DNA from: Camelus dromedarius | Lineage: Eukaryota | Assembly: GCF_036321535.1 (NCBI RefSeq) | Contig: NC_087437.1 | Location: 52,330,001 to 52,394,000, forward strand | Reading direction: 5' to 3' | Length of the DNA stretch: 64,000 bases | Shown: positions 51,171-63,885 of the stretch, piece by piece | Layout: every line of letters starts with the position of its first letter | Numbering within the stretch: position 1 is the stretch's first letter | Position numbers and translations under genes: made by a program | The notes under the pieces: generated by a model | What the model was told of the DNA's origin: nothing | What the model saw: the letters and a program-made list of their open reading frames with translations, nothing else | The model's database searches: none

Positions 51171-51829
51171 AAGAAAAACTTCAAATGTTATGAGCTCTTT
51201 GGGGGAATTTAATACAGCTTTCTTGTTATTAGTAATAAGGCATCTTACTAAAACCAAAATTTGCTCAAAGAAACATTAAGAGCTCTTTTGGTAAAATGAC
51301 TGACTCAATAAAAAAAATCTTAAAAAAAAAAAAGCTCTTTTGGAGCTGTGCCTTGATTGAATGTCAGAAGTTTAATAAACCAAAGAGGAAATGTGCTACC
51401 CTTATTTAAATGTAGCAGTAAATTATTCTTCCACACCTACTTTTGATTCATCACAAATGTCAGCAAGGTGATATTATTCTACAAAACAATTACATTTATG
51501 TAATGTTTTCTTATATATTTCCTTAATCACTAAGTTATTATTCCCATTTTTTTCCTCTACTATTTTGCTTTTACAAGTCTTGGTGTGCAAGGCATATGTG
51601 TCTACTGGGCACCAGTTTTAGAAACTTACTTCTCTGATTTGTTTTTATCACATCAGATCAGGCACATTGTAGAACAGCAAGAAAAGGGTTAAAGAAAATA
51701 GCTCTAATGAATAAAAGATTGCCGTTATCTTCTATATGCACTTTTGGTAGCACTGATTCCACCGAAATTCTATTTTTGATTCCTTCATTCAATAGCAATA
51801 ATACTGTTCTCATGACTATCACAGCTTGA

Positions 51830-51875
51830 AACACACGCACGCGCGCGCGAGCGGACACACTCACACACACACACC
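51830..51875. repeat. (CA)n/(CG)n alternating purine-pyrimidine tract
   Basis: 'acacacgcacgcgcgcgcgagcggacacactcacacacacacac'. Confidence 0.9.
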
Positions 51876-51879
51876 CTTC

Positions 51880-52110
51880 TCAGGCTGCCGGTCTGTCCTA
51901 AGGCAGTAGCAGACGCCTGATTGGTGGAGTCTGTTTATTCTGTGACCAGATTCCTTCTAAAAGAAGGCAGGCCATGACTGCCTGAAGCCTATTGGCCGAG
52001 GCTGCTCTGGACCCTCCCTTTCTTTTTCACGGCACACACCACAGCGAAGTCTGTGCGGAATCCTAAACCAGCCCAATTTACATCCATTCATGAATCTGTG
52101 ACGTCAGCAA
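51880..52110 (+). promoter_or_regulatory. MAP3K13: Pol II promoter, probably the MAP3K13 downstream promoter
   Basis: ATTGG at 51920 and 51991, CCAAT at 52073, full CRE TGACGTCA at 52099-52106, local CpG enrichment, followed by a splice donor. Confidence 0.7.
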
Positions 52111-52260
52111 GACTTCGGGTCCTTTGCGGTGGGCTGGAGGATTGTGTGGGTGGAATCCCCCTCCCCCTTATTTTTCTAATTCTGCAAGGCTTTCTAAATT
52201 AACCTTCCATCTTTTAAAAGCAAGAAAATGGAACGGCATGTGTAGGAATTCTTCATTGTT
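52050..52260 (+). other. MAP3K13: First non-coding exon (start approximate); coding exons lie beyond the window
   Basis: Donor 'GTT|gtgagt' at 52260/52261. 'gaatcctaaaccagcccaatttacatccattcatgaatctgtgacgtcagcaag...aagcaagaaaatggaac..catgtgtaggaattcttc' matches my recollection of the human MAP3K13 mRNA 5'UTR; needs BLAST. Confidence 0.65.
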
Positions 52261-54789
52261 GTGAGTATCGCACTCTGTTTTTCTGTTTCATCAGCATTTA
52301 TTTCACAAGGACAGATGGAGAACGTATTTGTGATTTGAAGTGATTAGAAAACTGGTATTATTGAGGGAGACATGGTGAGAGAGATAGGCAGAGACAGAGG
52401 CAAAGAGAAACCTGAAACCCGGTTACAGCTAGGAGCGTCTGAAACTGACAGCTGGTTTTCCTTTGCTTGTCTGCCTGCTAGACGTGGACATTTTTCATTT
52501 ACGGTTCTGCACGTTACCTCTGGATGCTGGCTTGGCTTTCCTTAAAGGGAGATTCATCTCTTGGAGAGATGATGTGAATTGCATTAAAGGAAAAACCCAG
52601 AACTGGTACCAGAAAGGTGCTGGGGAAAGCCGGGCCAGCTAGCCGGAGCAAGTTCTATCCTGCTGAGCCCTTGTCTTCCTTTCTGCCGTCCTTTCTGTTG
52701 TTTCTCACCCTTCACCTTGTCTTTGTTTCATAGTTGTATAACAGTCAATGTCTTGGGATTGCAGGTTGGAGACGGTGAATACTAATCCAACCTTTTTTAT
52801 TTTACCCCCAAAAATCTTTTATTATGGGAGCTATATAGTAGTGTATTTATACATATTTGTAGCTCTTTATGTCATTCTATAGATTTTATGTTTTCAAAAA
52901 CCTAAAGCCTGCACCAGAGGCAAAAGAGGAATTATCCTTAAATTGTGATTTATTTAACATCCCCTAATGAAAACTAGGTGGTTTCTTAGTATATCCCATA
53001 ATTATATGCATAGAAATGCACATGAGCATTTTTCTAAGATGAAATTCCCAGTGAAAATCATTCACTCCGCTGTGTCTGGGAAACACGGAAAACTTCAGAT
53101 AGGTTCCAGGTATGAAGTTGATTTGATAGTTTGCTTGGAGTTTTAACAAAAGTTAGTATTTGTAACTGAATTTGTTCCCTAAGGCTCAGGCTGATTCTGG
53201 TGAAAGTTGTGGTCGTCAAGAAGAGAGATGTGACATCGTGATATGTTCCGCCCCTGGGGCAGCGCCTTAACCCACATAATCTTTTCCAGCTGCCTCACTT
53301 TGAGCAGTTTGTATTCTGGTCAGCAGCATATACCTGGTTGTTTCCAGTGAGAGAGAACACAAAATGTCAGTTGTTTTTTTTTTTATCATTCAGCCTTGTC
53401 ATGTTTACCTTGTATAATCAATACTTAGTTTTGAGAACTAATGAAACAGGGTTCCTAAATTATGGCTCTAATGATATCTTTTGAATTATTCTTATCAATG
53501 AATCTTCCAACTGAAAACTCATTTCATTTCAAAATTACCTGAGGATTTGAAATTTTACTTATCTTGACATTGCCTTCACTTGTTATGTTTTTCTGAGTAC
53601 ATCTGAACTCACTAGAGTTATAGAAGGAAAACCTCTACCTGATTCTAAATCAGATTTTTGTCCTATACTTAGACAACTGTGATGTCATATTTTGCTATTT
53701 TTTATCTGCTGGGTTAAATAAATGACACAGTTCCCTATATTTATAAACTCCTAGACTTATTTCAGTGTTTTTCATGTATGTACCTTCAGAGACTTTGTTG
53801 AAAGGAACAATTTCAAAGTTATTTTAAATTATTAAAGTCTACTAAATCACTGCTAGATCAAAAGACTGAATCCTTAGGATTTTTTTTTAAATGTGTCTAC
53901 ATAATCAAACTCATCTTAGGAAATGTTCATCAGACTCTATCTTTTATATACATTTTGCCAAAGATAGCTTTATTTCCATGAAAGAAATACAGTCTGCACT
54001 TTGGATTTATTAAAGTAAAGCTATCCCTTTAAGGCGCAAAGTGGGTATAGAGTCTCCCTCTCTCTCTCTCCACTCCTAGTGGCTGTATTCTAGATTATAT
54101 TTATTTTCATGTATAGTGTAGTTGTAGGGGAAAAAAACAATAACTCTTAATTGTTTAATATCAAACAATAAAATCCTGTGTATCAGTGACTATCAATAGA
54201 TGGCTTTCTGTTTAAAAATTGAAGCTACTCCAGAAGTAGGAATTTATTTATTTAGTAAACAAAGTCAGTCAAACCAGAGCCATGTCCTAGGGAGCTGTCA
54301 AAAGAATGGTTCCTAAGGGCCAGAGGCCACATCCACTGGTATATGACGGAACAACCATACTTTGAATGGCAGAACCGGTCAGTTTGGTTTGCACTGTCTG
54401 CCTGTCCTCTCTATGTGCTACAGCTGAATTAATTGCCTGGGAAGCTCAAATGAATCAAGATTGCCACGAAGACCAATTCTGCCAGGTGGCAGCCTGATTC
54501 TGACAATTTTGATTAAAATAAAAAATATTCATCAAGAACACTCTTTTACTTTAAAAAAAAAAAAGTCATTTAAAAGATATCACATTCCTGTTCTGTGTCA
54601 GTTATTATTCCTTAAGGATGTGGGGTAGAGGAAGAATTAGAGGATGCCATCTTTACACCTAAGGAATCTAGAAGGTAAGATACCATACACTTAAGAGTGT
54701 TGTGGTTCAGAAATTTGTTTCTTTAAATAGACACTGAGATTAGAATTACCTTAGGAACTTCCTGTCTCTCTTTCCTATCCAGTGGTTTT

Positions 54790-56195
54790 TAGAATGTTCA
54801 TAGAGTTGTTCAACCATCACCACAGTGAATTTTAGAACATTTTCATCATTGCAGAAAGAAACCCCGTAACCATTAGCAATCACTCCTCATTTCCCCTCAA
54901 CCCTCAGCCCAAGGTAACCACTAATGTTTCTCTACACTTAGAAATCTTCCCTATTCTAATCATTTCTTATAAATGAAATCATACAGTATATGGTCTTTTG
55001 GACTACAGTTGATCCTTGAACAATGGTGGGGGTGGGGGCATTGATCCGAGTATAATTACACTTTGCCCTTTGTATCTGCAATTATTCCACATCCTTGGAT
55101 TTGCCCAACCATGGACTGTGTAGTACTGTGGTTTTTACTTTTGAAAAATTCTAGGTATAAGTGGACCTGCACAGTTCAAAGCCATGTTGTTCAAGGGTCA
55201 ACTGTAGCTTCATTTAATTTAGTATAAGATTTTCAAAGTTTTTCCATGTATCAGTGCTTCATTTTTTTATTGCTGAATGGTATTCCTTTTTATCCATTCA
55301 TCAGTTGATGGACATTTAGGTTCTTTCCAAACGCTTTTGGGCCGCTATGGCTGCTATATGAATAATACTGCTATGTACGTTTGTGTACAAGTTTTTGTGT
55401 GAATATATGTTTTCACTTCTTTGGGGTGTACATCTAGGAATGGAATTGCTAGGTCATATGATAGCTATATGTTTAACGTTTTCAGGATTTTCTAAAAACT
55501 ATTTTGCAAAGCAACAGCACCATTTTGCATTCCTACTAGCAATATATGAGGGTTTCAATTTCTCCACATCCTCATCAATAATTACTATCTATCTTTCTGA
55601 TAAGAGTGATCTTAGTGAGTTTGAAATCGTATCACATTATGGTTTTGGTTTATATTTCTCTAATGGCTAATGGTGTTTACCATCTTTTCATGTGCTTATT
55701 TATTTGCCATCTGTATTTTTTGGAGAAATATGTATTCAGATCTTTTGCCCACTTAAAAATTGGGTTATTTATCTTTTTATTATTGAGTTTAAGAGTCCTT
55801 TATATATTCTGAGTAAAAGTTCTTTAATAGGTATATGGTTTGTGATTATCTCATTCTATGGGTTGTCTTTTGACTTTCTTGATATTGTTTGCAGCACCAA
55901 ATTTTAATTTCTATAAAGTTCAATTTATCTATTTTTTTGGTCATTTTTTATTGTGCTTTTGGTGTCATATCTAAGAAGGCTTTACCTAACCCAAGGTTAT
56001 GAAGATTTACTCCTGTGTTTTCTTCGAAGGGTTTAATAATTTTAGCCATTACATTTAGGTCTCTGATCCATTTTAAGTTATGTTTTGTGAATGATATAAA
56101 GAAGGGTTCAGCTTTATTCCTTTGAATGAGGATATTCCAGCAATATTTTTTGAAAAGACTGTTCTTTCCCCCATTGAATTGTCTTGGCACCCTAC
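54790..56195 (-). mobile_element. L1MB-type 3' portion with nested Tigger2-type MITE (55006-55204)
   Basis: 'caaccatcaccacagtgaattttagaacattttcatc', 'ggtgtcatatctaagaaggctttacctaacccaagg'; MITE 'ta|cagttgatccttgaacaa..ttgttcaagggtcaactg|ta'. Confidence 0.85.
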
Positions 56196-57169
56196 CAGGA
56201 AATTAAAAAAAAAAAATACTGATACCATGTTCCCGCCTCCAGAGATTTATATTTAATTGGTCTGTGGTGGGGGCCAGACATCTGCCTTTTACAAAAACTC
56301 TCCCCTCCCAAAAAAAACCTCCCCAGATGATTCTAATGTACAGCCAGAAATGAAAACTATTGGTATGGACAGAGGGTTAGTCTTCAAAAAGAAGAGAGAC
56401 ACTATTTCTAAATCAGGATACAGGATGAGTGAAGGAATAGTATTCTGATATGGAAAAGAGGGAAGAGAGGAAAATTAAGATTCATGCCAGAAAGCATTGA
56501 TTTTCTTGCTAAGTAGGTGTTAGTCACTTTCAAAGAGTGAGAACATCATCAAAGCTTAGTGAAATATGTTAAAGGAAGAGAAGGAGCTAACACTTACTAA
56601 GCAACTTCTACATTTCTGTAAATCTGCTAGGAGCTTTTACATACATTATTTCATTTCAAATATAATCCTCATGGTATGAAGTAGATACTGTAACTCCCAT
56701 TTTACAGATGAGAAAACAGGCCCAGAAAGTTTGCTGACTCAGCCAAAGACACCAGGTAGTGCACATTATACCCAATTTTTAAAGCCAGCTCTAAGTCTTA
56801 GTCACATTCTCTTTTTTCTGTATACCATGAATTTTGAGCATTGAGTCCTATCATGAATTGTGATTGGTCTGGTCCAGCATGAATCTAAAATCTTTTCTAG
56901 TAAAGCTCTGGACTGGACAAAGAGTAAAATAAGTTGGACCGTGGGCGTAATACAGGGTTAAGTGTTGGCACAGCAAGTGCGTTGGAAGATAAGAAGGTGG
57001 GGATAAATGAAAATTACCATGTGATGGCTAATCATGGAGCCCAGGCTAGCTATACTCTGCCTAGATGTAGCTGGAAGGAACAATCTTAAGAGGACAGAGG
57101 GCTGATACACTGGGCATGGGAGAATGATTAAAGGGAATGGTGGGGAGACCAGGGAGGAAACAAGGATAT

Positions 57170-57560
57170 ATCAAATAGAATCAGCAGGTGTAGAAGTGTT
57201 GTCATTCATTTAACAACAAATACTTATTGAGCATTTACTATATGTTCTAGGTACTGAGGACCTAGCAGTAGGAAAAAATAGACAAAAACTCTTGCCCTCT
57301 TGGGGGCTTATTTTATTGCAGAGGACAAACAATAAGTAAATTATGTTTAGACAGTGATAAATGTTAAGGAGAAAAATGAAGATGTGACGGGAATAGAGAG
57401 TGCTGGGTAGGGTAAAATCAAAAGGGACCTTTTCATCATTTGGTTTATGTGCAGATGCAGATTTCTCAAGGAGATTAAGGAAACATCAAACTGAGGGGTT
57501 GACCATGCCAGGCACTTTGAGTATACAAGGAGAGCATTTTCTAAGTACTAACTCAAAGCG
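57170..57560 (-). mobile_element. L2 3' fragment
   Basis: 'cattcatttaacaacaaatacttattgagcatttactatatgttctaggtactg'. Confidence 0.7.
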
Positions 57561-60500
57561 AGTGTTTGATATTAACTTTTTTTCACCACTTTATACCCTG
57601 TGCCTGGCATAGTGTAGATACTTCATAAACGTGTTTATTGGCTAAGTACCTTTTGGGGGGATTAGTGATTTTTCCACTGGTTGGAGGCCAGGGCAGGGAT
57701 GGTGCTTGGGAAATTTTTTCAAACTCTGCTTGCTGACCTAATAGGATAGATCCTTCTAAGTGTGCATGTGAGTGTATGTATGTATGGGGGAGGGAGCCCT
57801 TCCATAATGTCACAACTGAGAATCACTGCATGGTGAGGTACAGTTAGTAAGGTGGATGTGTTCTGGTGTTCAGATGAATTGGGCAGAGAACCATCAGCAT
57901 AGCGCATGCTGGAGACACTTGAATTTCTTTTGCTTTTTACACTTTAGCAGGAGATTCACATGTATTACCTGGAACAGAGGGAGAATTGAACCCTTGGTGT
58001 ATAGTAAAGTTTTTAACACTGAGGTTCTATTATGCAACGATTTATCTGCCTTCTTTATCTAAAAGGTTACTTATATTAAATGTATAAAATCAACATGTTT
58101 TCTGTTTACCTGCTGTAAGGCACAGTGATGCAATGGAAAAAGAATTAGACTAAGACTGTAAGGACCTGTGTAGCAGTCTCAGGTTATCCTTAGCAAGATT
58201 CCAATTCTCTCAGCTTCTTAAAATTTTTCCTCAGCTTTGGTTTTAATATATGAGATGAATAAGTTGTTTTTAGTGATCTCCAATATCCTTTCTAACTCTC
58301 ACATTGTTAGAATTCTTGAGATCTGGCTATTACCTACATCAAATAGGCAAGTGACAATTTGTAAGACAATCAGGTTAAAATCTACCTCTATTTCAGTTCT
58401 TTCATATTACTTTTATAGAAGTTTAACCCCCGTGGAATGCTACCACAGCGGAGAGGAAAAAGTGTCAGGAATGTTTCAGACGGAGATATCTGGGTGAGAT
58501 ATAGAAAGGTTAAATCACTTTCAGATTTGCCTAGGGACTTCCCCATACAGAGGAAATAGACTCCTGATGAGATCTGACTGTGTCACCTTTAGGCATGCTC
58601 GTTATAAATGTGATTTGTCTTGGCCATTGTTCTTTGTAGTCAGGAGACAGCTTCCATTAGGCTAGTGATGTGGCGATCTGGGCTATTGGGGCATGTGGCA
58701 ACAGATAATCTAATAACCTCAGTTTGGTTGTCTCATGTAGCCTTTTCCTTGATCTGACTTTTTTTTAGTGCTTTTAAGAAGCAGGACTCATCATGTTGGC
58801 TCTTTCTGTCCATCTCTCACTACCTCCTGTGATTCTTTAATTCAGGCTGAAGCGTGGTGAAGGATGGAAGACTGCAGTGATTAAGAAAATGAAGATCAAC
58901 TAAATCCATAAATGGTTTTGTCAGGCTTTGAAAAAATAAAATTTTGATATTTTCTGTGAGAATTGCTAGCCTTTGAAAATTATTCCTTTCACAGTTCTCC
59001 AGATAGCAAATTGGCAGATGGATTGGTGTTTTGAGTTTGCAGATTTTGTCAAAGAAAAAAGATACATTTTTAAAATTATAAAACAGAAAAACCTCTTTTT
59101 CATTTTTGTGCTCATTTCCTCTGGTCTCAAATTTTTCTTACGTCCTTTTTCATTTCCATAGTAGTTAAGCAGAGAAGTCTAATGTCTAATCCTAACAGCT
59201 ATAATAATTTCATGTAGTGGTTTCATTTAGTAACAATGCTTATATGTGTAGCAGTGTGGTTAAAAACATCTTGCAAAAAGCAATTATGTATAATTAAGTG
59301 ATGTGATAGAGATATTTGCTAATGTTAAGGTGTTAATCCCATTGCAATATATAAATGTATCAAACCAACACATTGCACACCTTAAACTTAAGCAATGTTT
59401 TATATCAATTATATCTCAATAAAAAATTTTAAAAGAGAGGAAAAAAGCAATCATGTATTGCAGGGAAACCCTAAGAGAATGTGTAGTAATTGCAATTTTA
59501 ATTATTTTAAAAATTTAAGGAAAAACAATATAGGATTTCCCACTGACAGATGGTAATTGTCTTCAGTGTGCTAATTTGAATTGTGAATTCCTGGGCTGGG
59601 GGTAATTGCAGAATTCAGCAGTATTAGGAGGACATTTAATGAAATTCTAGATTCCCAAAAAGCCAGAGAAGTGAAAGAATGAGTTGATTTAAAGTGAAAG
59701 GCTCAAGAAATACCCAAAGACAAAGGAGTGGAGAAGGTGATGGAGGAAAAGGAAAGCAGAGCCCAGGGAGACTGGCTGAGCTGATGGCTCACCTGCCCAG
59801 GCAGGTGGCAGCAAGGGCAGCAAGGACAGCAGTTTCCACCTTAAACCAAAGAGAAGGGATCTGAGACCCAGACCAAAACAGACTCTTAGAGTCCTAAAGA
59901 GGGCTGTCACAGTTGCTATTACTAAAGAGGGCTCAATTTGCAAAATAAGCCCTCCCTGGAGGCTTCTTACTACCCCTGAGGCACTGTGCCTGCATTTCCA
60001 GTAGCTGTTCCTCCTGTCTTTAATGGGAGACATTAGGCTATCTGCAGGCATGGATAACCATGGATAATTGAGATTAGTGAGATCAAGCCCACCAAAACAC
60101 AAAGCCGTGATTGCTTTTTCCAGAGAAAATAATCTTTTGATTAAAGTGAGATTAAGCATTTTACTAATTACTTACCAATTATTTCCTCTCACGTAACAAA
60201 TTCAAACACATGTTCATACTAAGAAGAAACAGATGCAACATACCTTTGGATATTTCCAGTCACTACCAGACCTAAATTACAGATTCATTTTGAATCTTTG
60301 CTACATGCAAAACTCCTAGGAAATACCCACCTGATATTGCAGCTGCTGGTGCTCAAGAGCCAATGTGAAAAGAAATTTTACTACTTTGCCAGGTTCTCCC
60401 TCCTCATCCATCCCTCCCCCGCCCCCCATTTCTGGCCATTTTTTAACAGAACCCCTTCCATCTGTTTGTCTAACCAAAATAACTGAACATTTGCTTTATA

Positions 60501-61741
60501 CTGCTTGTGTTAGTGATCAGAGCTAGGCACTAATCTAATCCTTAAGTATTCTCAGAGACCTGTAGACCAGAGTAGATTTCTTGGAGAAAGAAAATCAATC
60601 ACATAACCCTTTATATTTTCTTAGTCCTTTATATGATCGTTTCTCCAATCAGGGCTCTGCCATAACACGTTGAAATAGCACTCACTCTCCATCACCTGCT
60701 CTCCTTTGATCAAAAAGTTATCTACATTGATAAAGATTTCTTTTAACTGAATCTTATACCTTTGATACTGGCCTTTGTTAGTATCAGACTGCTTTTGTCA
60801 CAGATTGTCTTTGTCTTTTTCCTGCTAAATATTTAAAAGGCCGAGGAATAGTTTTAAAAACAAGGACCAGCGAGCCACCCCAATTCTAAGAGCCTTGGAC
60901 CAGGGCTGGAAATTAAAGAAGAATGGCCAAGAGAACTTCACTCTTAAGAGGGAGTACAGGGGCCGCTGTTAAGGAAAAGGATGGCTCTCCAAGGAGGTAC
61001 CTGTCCAGGAAACTGTGCTACTTTAAAACTGCACCAAGCTCACGAGCAATATGAAATGGTCATTGTGATTTACCCGAAGTGCATATGGCTTGTACCTAAA
61101 AATGTCTTTATGCTGGAGAATAGTCATGTGTTTGAGTTGACTGGGCTGGACTTGAAAATTTAGGGTGAGGAAACTGTAGTCTTGAGGCTTCTATCTTCTG
61201 AGAGAAATCTCCAGTTCATTCTTGAGTGGTCATAGCCAAGGATTTCCCAAAGACTAAAAAACTAAGTTTGGGGGCCTTTCCTTTCACTGCTGTAAATATT
61301 TTATTTTTCACCACAGGTGACTGAAAAGTTAAAAAAATATATATTTCTTTGACACTTTTTCCCAAGCAGATTCTCTTTTTGAGGGGTATAATTAATAAAA
61401 TACAGTTTATGAAAATGTGCTCAATAAGACTTTTTGCAAATACTTCAGCTGTAGATCCTTTTATAGAGGGTGCCTAAATAACAAGAGAAAAAAACCTTTT
61501 TTTTCCCTCTATTTCTGTTTCTCAGTTGACCCATCCACATTAGCCTCTCCCACTAACCACGACTAGGTCTAACCGTCCTGGCTAGCTTACGTGCCTCCAC
61601 AAAGCTGGCCCTATACAAGTAAGAAGGATTTTTTTTTTTTTGATGACCTATAAATTGATTATATTTTTCCTCCCTTTTTCAAAAATAAGATGCATTTGCA
61701 ATTTAAAAGCATTAATCCTGCAAGAGACCTTCCAGCTAACA

Positions 61742-62095
61742 CAGTGGTTCTCAAAGTGTGGTTCTCGGACCAGGAGCACCAGCATCACCTGGGAACATGT
61801 AAGAATCGCACATTCTCAGGCCACTCCCCAGATGTTCTGAATCAGAAATGCTGGGGGTGGGGTCAAGCATCTGTTTTAACCAGCTGGCTAGGAGATGCTG
61901 ATGGGTAGTAAAGTTTGAAAATCCTTGATTTATATCAGAGCTTCTCATAATTTGAATACACATGGGAATCACCTGAGGATTTTGTTTAAAAGCAGATTCT
62001 GATTCACTTAATCTGGGGTAACTTTGTCAGCATTTCTAATTAGCTCCCATGCTGATACTGCTGGCCCTAGGACCACTCTCTCTGAGGAACAAGGA
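61742..62095. mobile_element. Two adjacent MER5-type MITEs
   Basis: 'cagtggttctcaaagtgtgg..ggaccaggagcaccagcatcacctggga'; 'gaatcacctgagga..aaagcagattctgattca'. Confidence 0.8.
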
Positions 62096-62275
62096 TTGAA
62101 GAATTGGCATGAGCTCCTCCAAGAACTACTGCCATGAGTAGGCTCTGTCAAAATTATAACTATCCCTGTAGCTCCTAAAGAAATACTCCCAAAAGAAGAA
62201 GTTTTATACATAAACATATTAATCACTGCATTATTTAAATAGAAGAAGAAATAGCCTGTTCAATAAAGGGAAATA

Positions 62276-62888
62276 CAGTTGATACTCATTATTTGCAGAT
62301 TCTGTATTTGTGAATGCAACTACTCATTAAAATTTATTTTAACCCCCAAATCAACACTTGCAGCTCTTTTACAAAAGGTCACTTGCAGACATGTGCAGAG
62401 TAGTGAACAATTTGAGTTGTGTGAAGTACACACTCCCAGCTGAGGTGGAACGAGGTAACGCTCTCCACCTTGTTTCAGCACTCATACTGTAATCAAGTGT
62501 TCTTCTCCAAGTCGATTTAGTACCTTGTTTTTTGCGTGTGTTTTTTGTTGTGTGATTTTACTATTTAAAAGAGCCCCCAAGCATAGTGTTGAAGTGTTTC
62601 TATAAAGGCTATGGTGTGTGACAACAGCTTCATTTAGGCATGAATTATTGTGCTCTTGGCTGTAAGTTCAATGTTAATGCATCAACAATGTATATCAAGT
62701 AAAGTGTCATTAAGTAGAGACACACATAAAATAAGGCTGTGTATTGATCGGTTGATGAAAATGTGTCCAAACGCTCACAGTAACCGAACCCTGTATTTCT
62801 CATAGAAGCAATGGTTCCGTATTCACTAATGCATTGTTCTTGGTGACCTTATATAGAATCTAACTATCACAAATAACAAGAGTAACTA
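62276..62888. mobile_element. MER6A-type Tigger element
   Basis: 'ta|cagttgatactcattatttgcagattctgtatttgtgaat..cccagctgaggtggaacgagg'; end 'aataacaagagtaacta'. Confidence 0.8.
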
Positions 62889-63885
62889 TGGTTAATAGCC
62901 AATTGATAAAATATATGCTGCCTTTTAAAAATGACGGTGATGAAATCCGTGCAATCAATATGAAAAGTATCTACCATGTAGTGGTATGAGAAAAGAAACA
63001 GGAGATGGAGTTTCAAGTACAGTACAATTAGAGTTACATTTAAAATTTTTCAAGTGAAAAATGGAAGGAAATTTTTGAGTTAGGGTGAAAAAAAATTTGA
63101 GTTAGGATGAAAGAGTAATTTTTTCTTTATTTCTCAAATTTTTGTAATATTGTTACATTGCATTTATAATGTTATACTTTAAAATCTGTATCTTAGTAGT
63201 TCTTTCAGAGACAAAAGCTACTAAGAGGCACCGCCTGTTCACCTCCTTGAGAGGCGGAGGCAATACATTCTGGTTGAGGGGTTGGCCTTCTTAGAAAAGA
63301 TTTATTAACATTAGTATAAGAGAGTGTGCTCTCTGTGTTAAACCAAATAGAAAGTGTTCCAAGTCACAATGTGAATATCCAAGAGAAATCCAGAATTACA
63401 GATCTCTGGTAGAGGTAAACTAGCTACTTGACAGATACGACTGGAACCATGCTTAGTAAATAATCTGTCTTGCCTAATCATAGCTTTTCTACTTTCTGTA
63501 CATGTTTTCACTCTTTTGACATGGCTAAGAGCTTGGCTTCCAAGTCAGAGGGTTGAGTCCTGGTAGTTCCATTTATTAGCTGTCTATGTCTTTAAGTTAT
63601 TTAATATCTCTCAGTTTCCCCCATGTATGTAATAGGGATAATTTTAGAACCTAATGATGTTAAATGAAAGGCTGAGCACTGGGTTTAAGATACACTAAGC
63701 CCTGAGTACATGGTAGTTATAACTATATGTTAGCTTCATTCTCTTCACTGATTGTCTGCCATATTAAAAAAGGCTGTCAGTCAATACCTGGAGAAATTTA
63801 AAAAAGAAAGGAAAATAGTATTCCCATCCACAAATACTCACAGTCTCCCTGCAGAGATTAACACATACACTATAATATAATAGAA

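Noticed and set aside
58820..58900. Acceptor-like 'ttctttaattcag|gctgaag'
   Set aside because: No convincing downstream donor or recognisable coding sequence.
59689..60159. 156-aa minus-strand ORF in unique sequence
   Set aside because: No recognisable domain, exon boundaries or promoter; length is compatible with chance in 64 kb.
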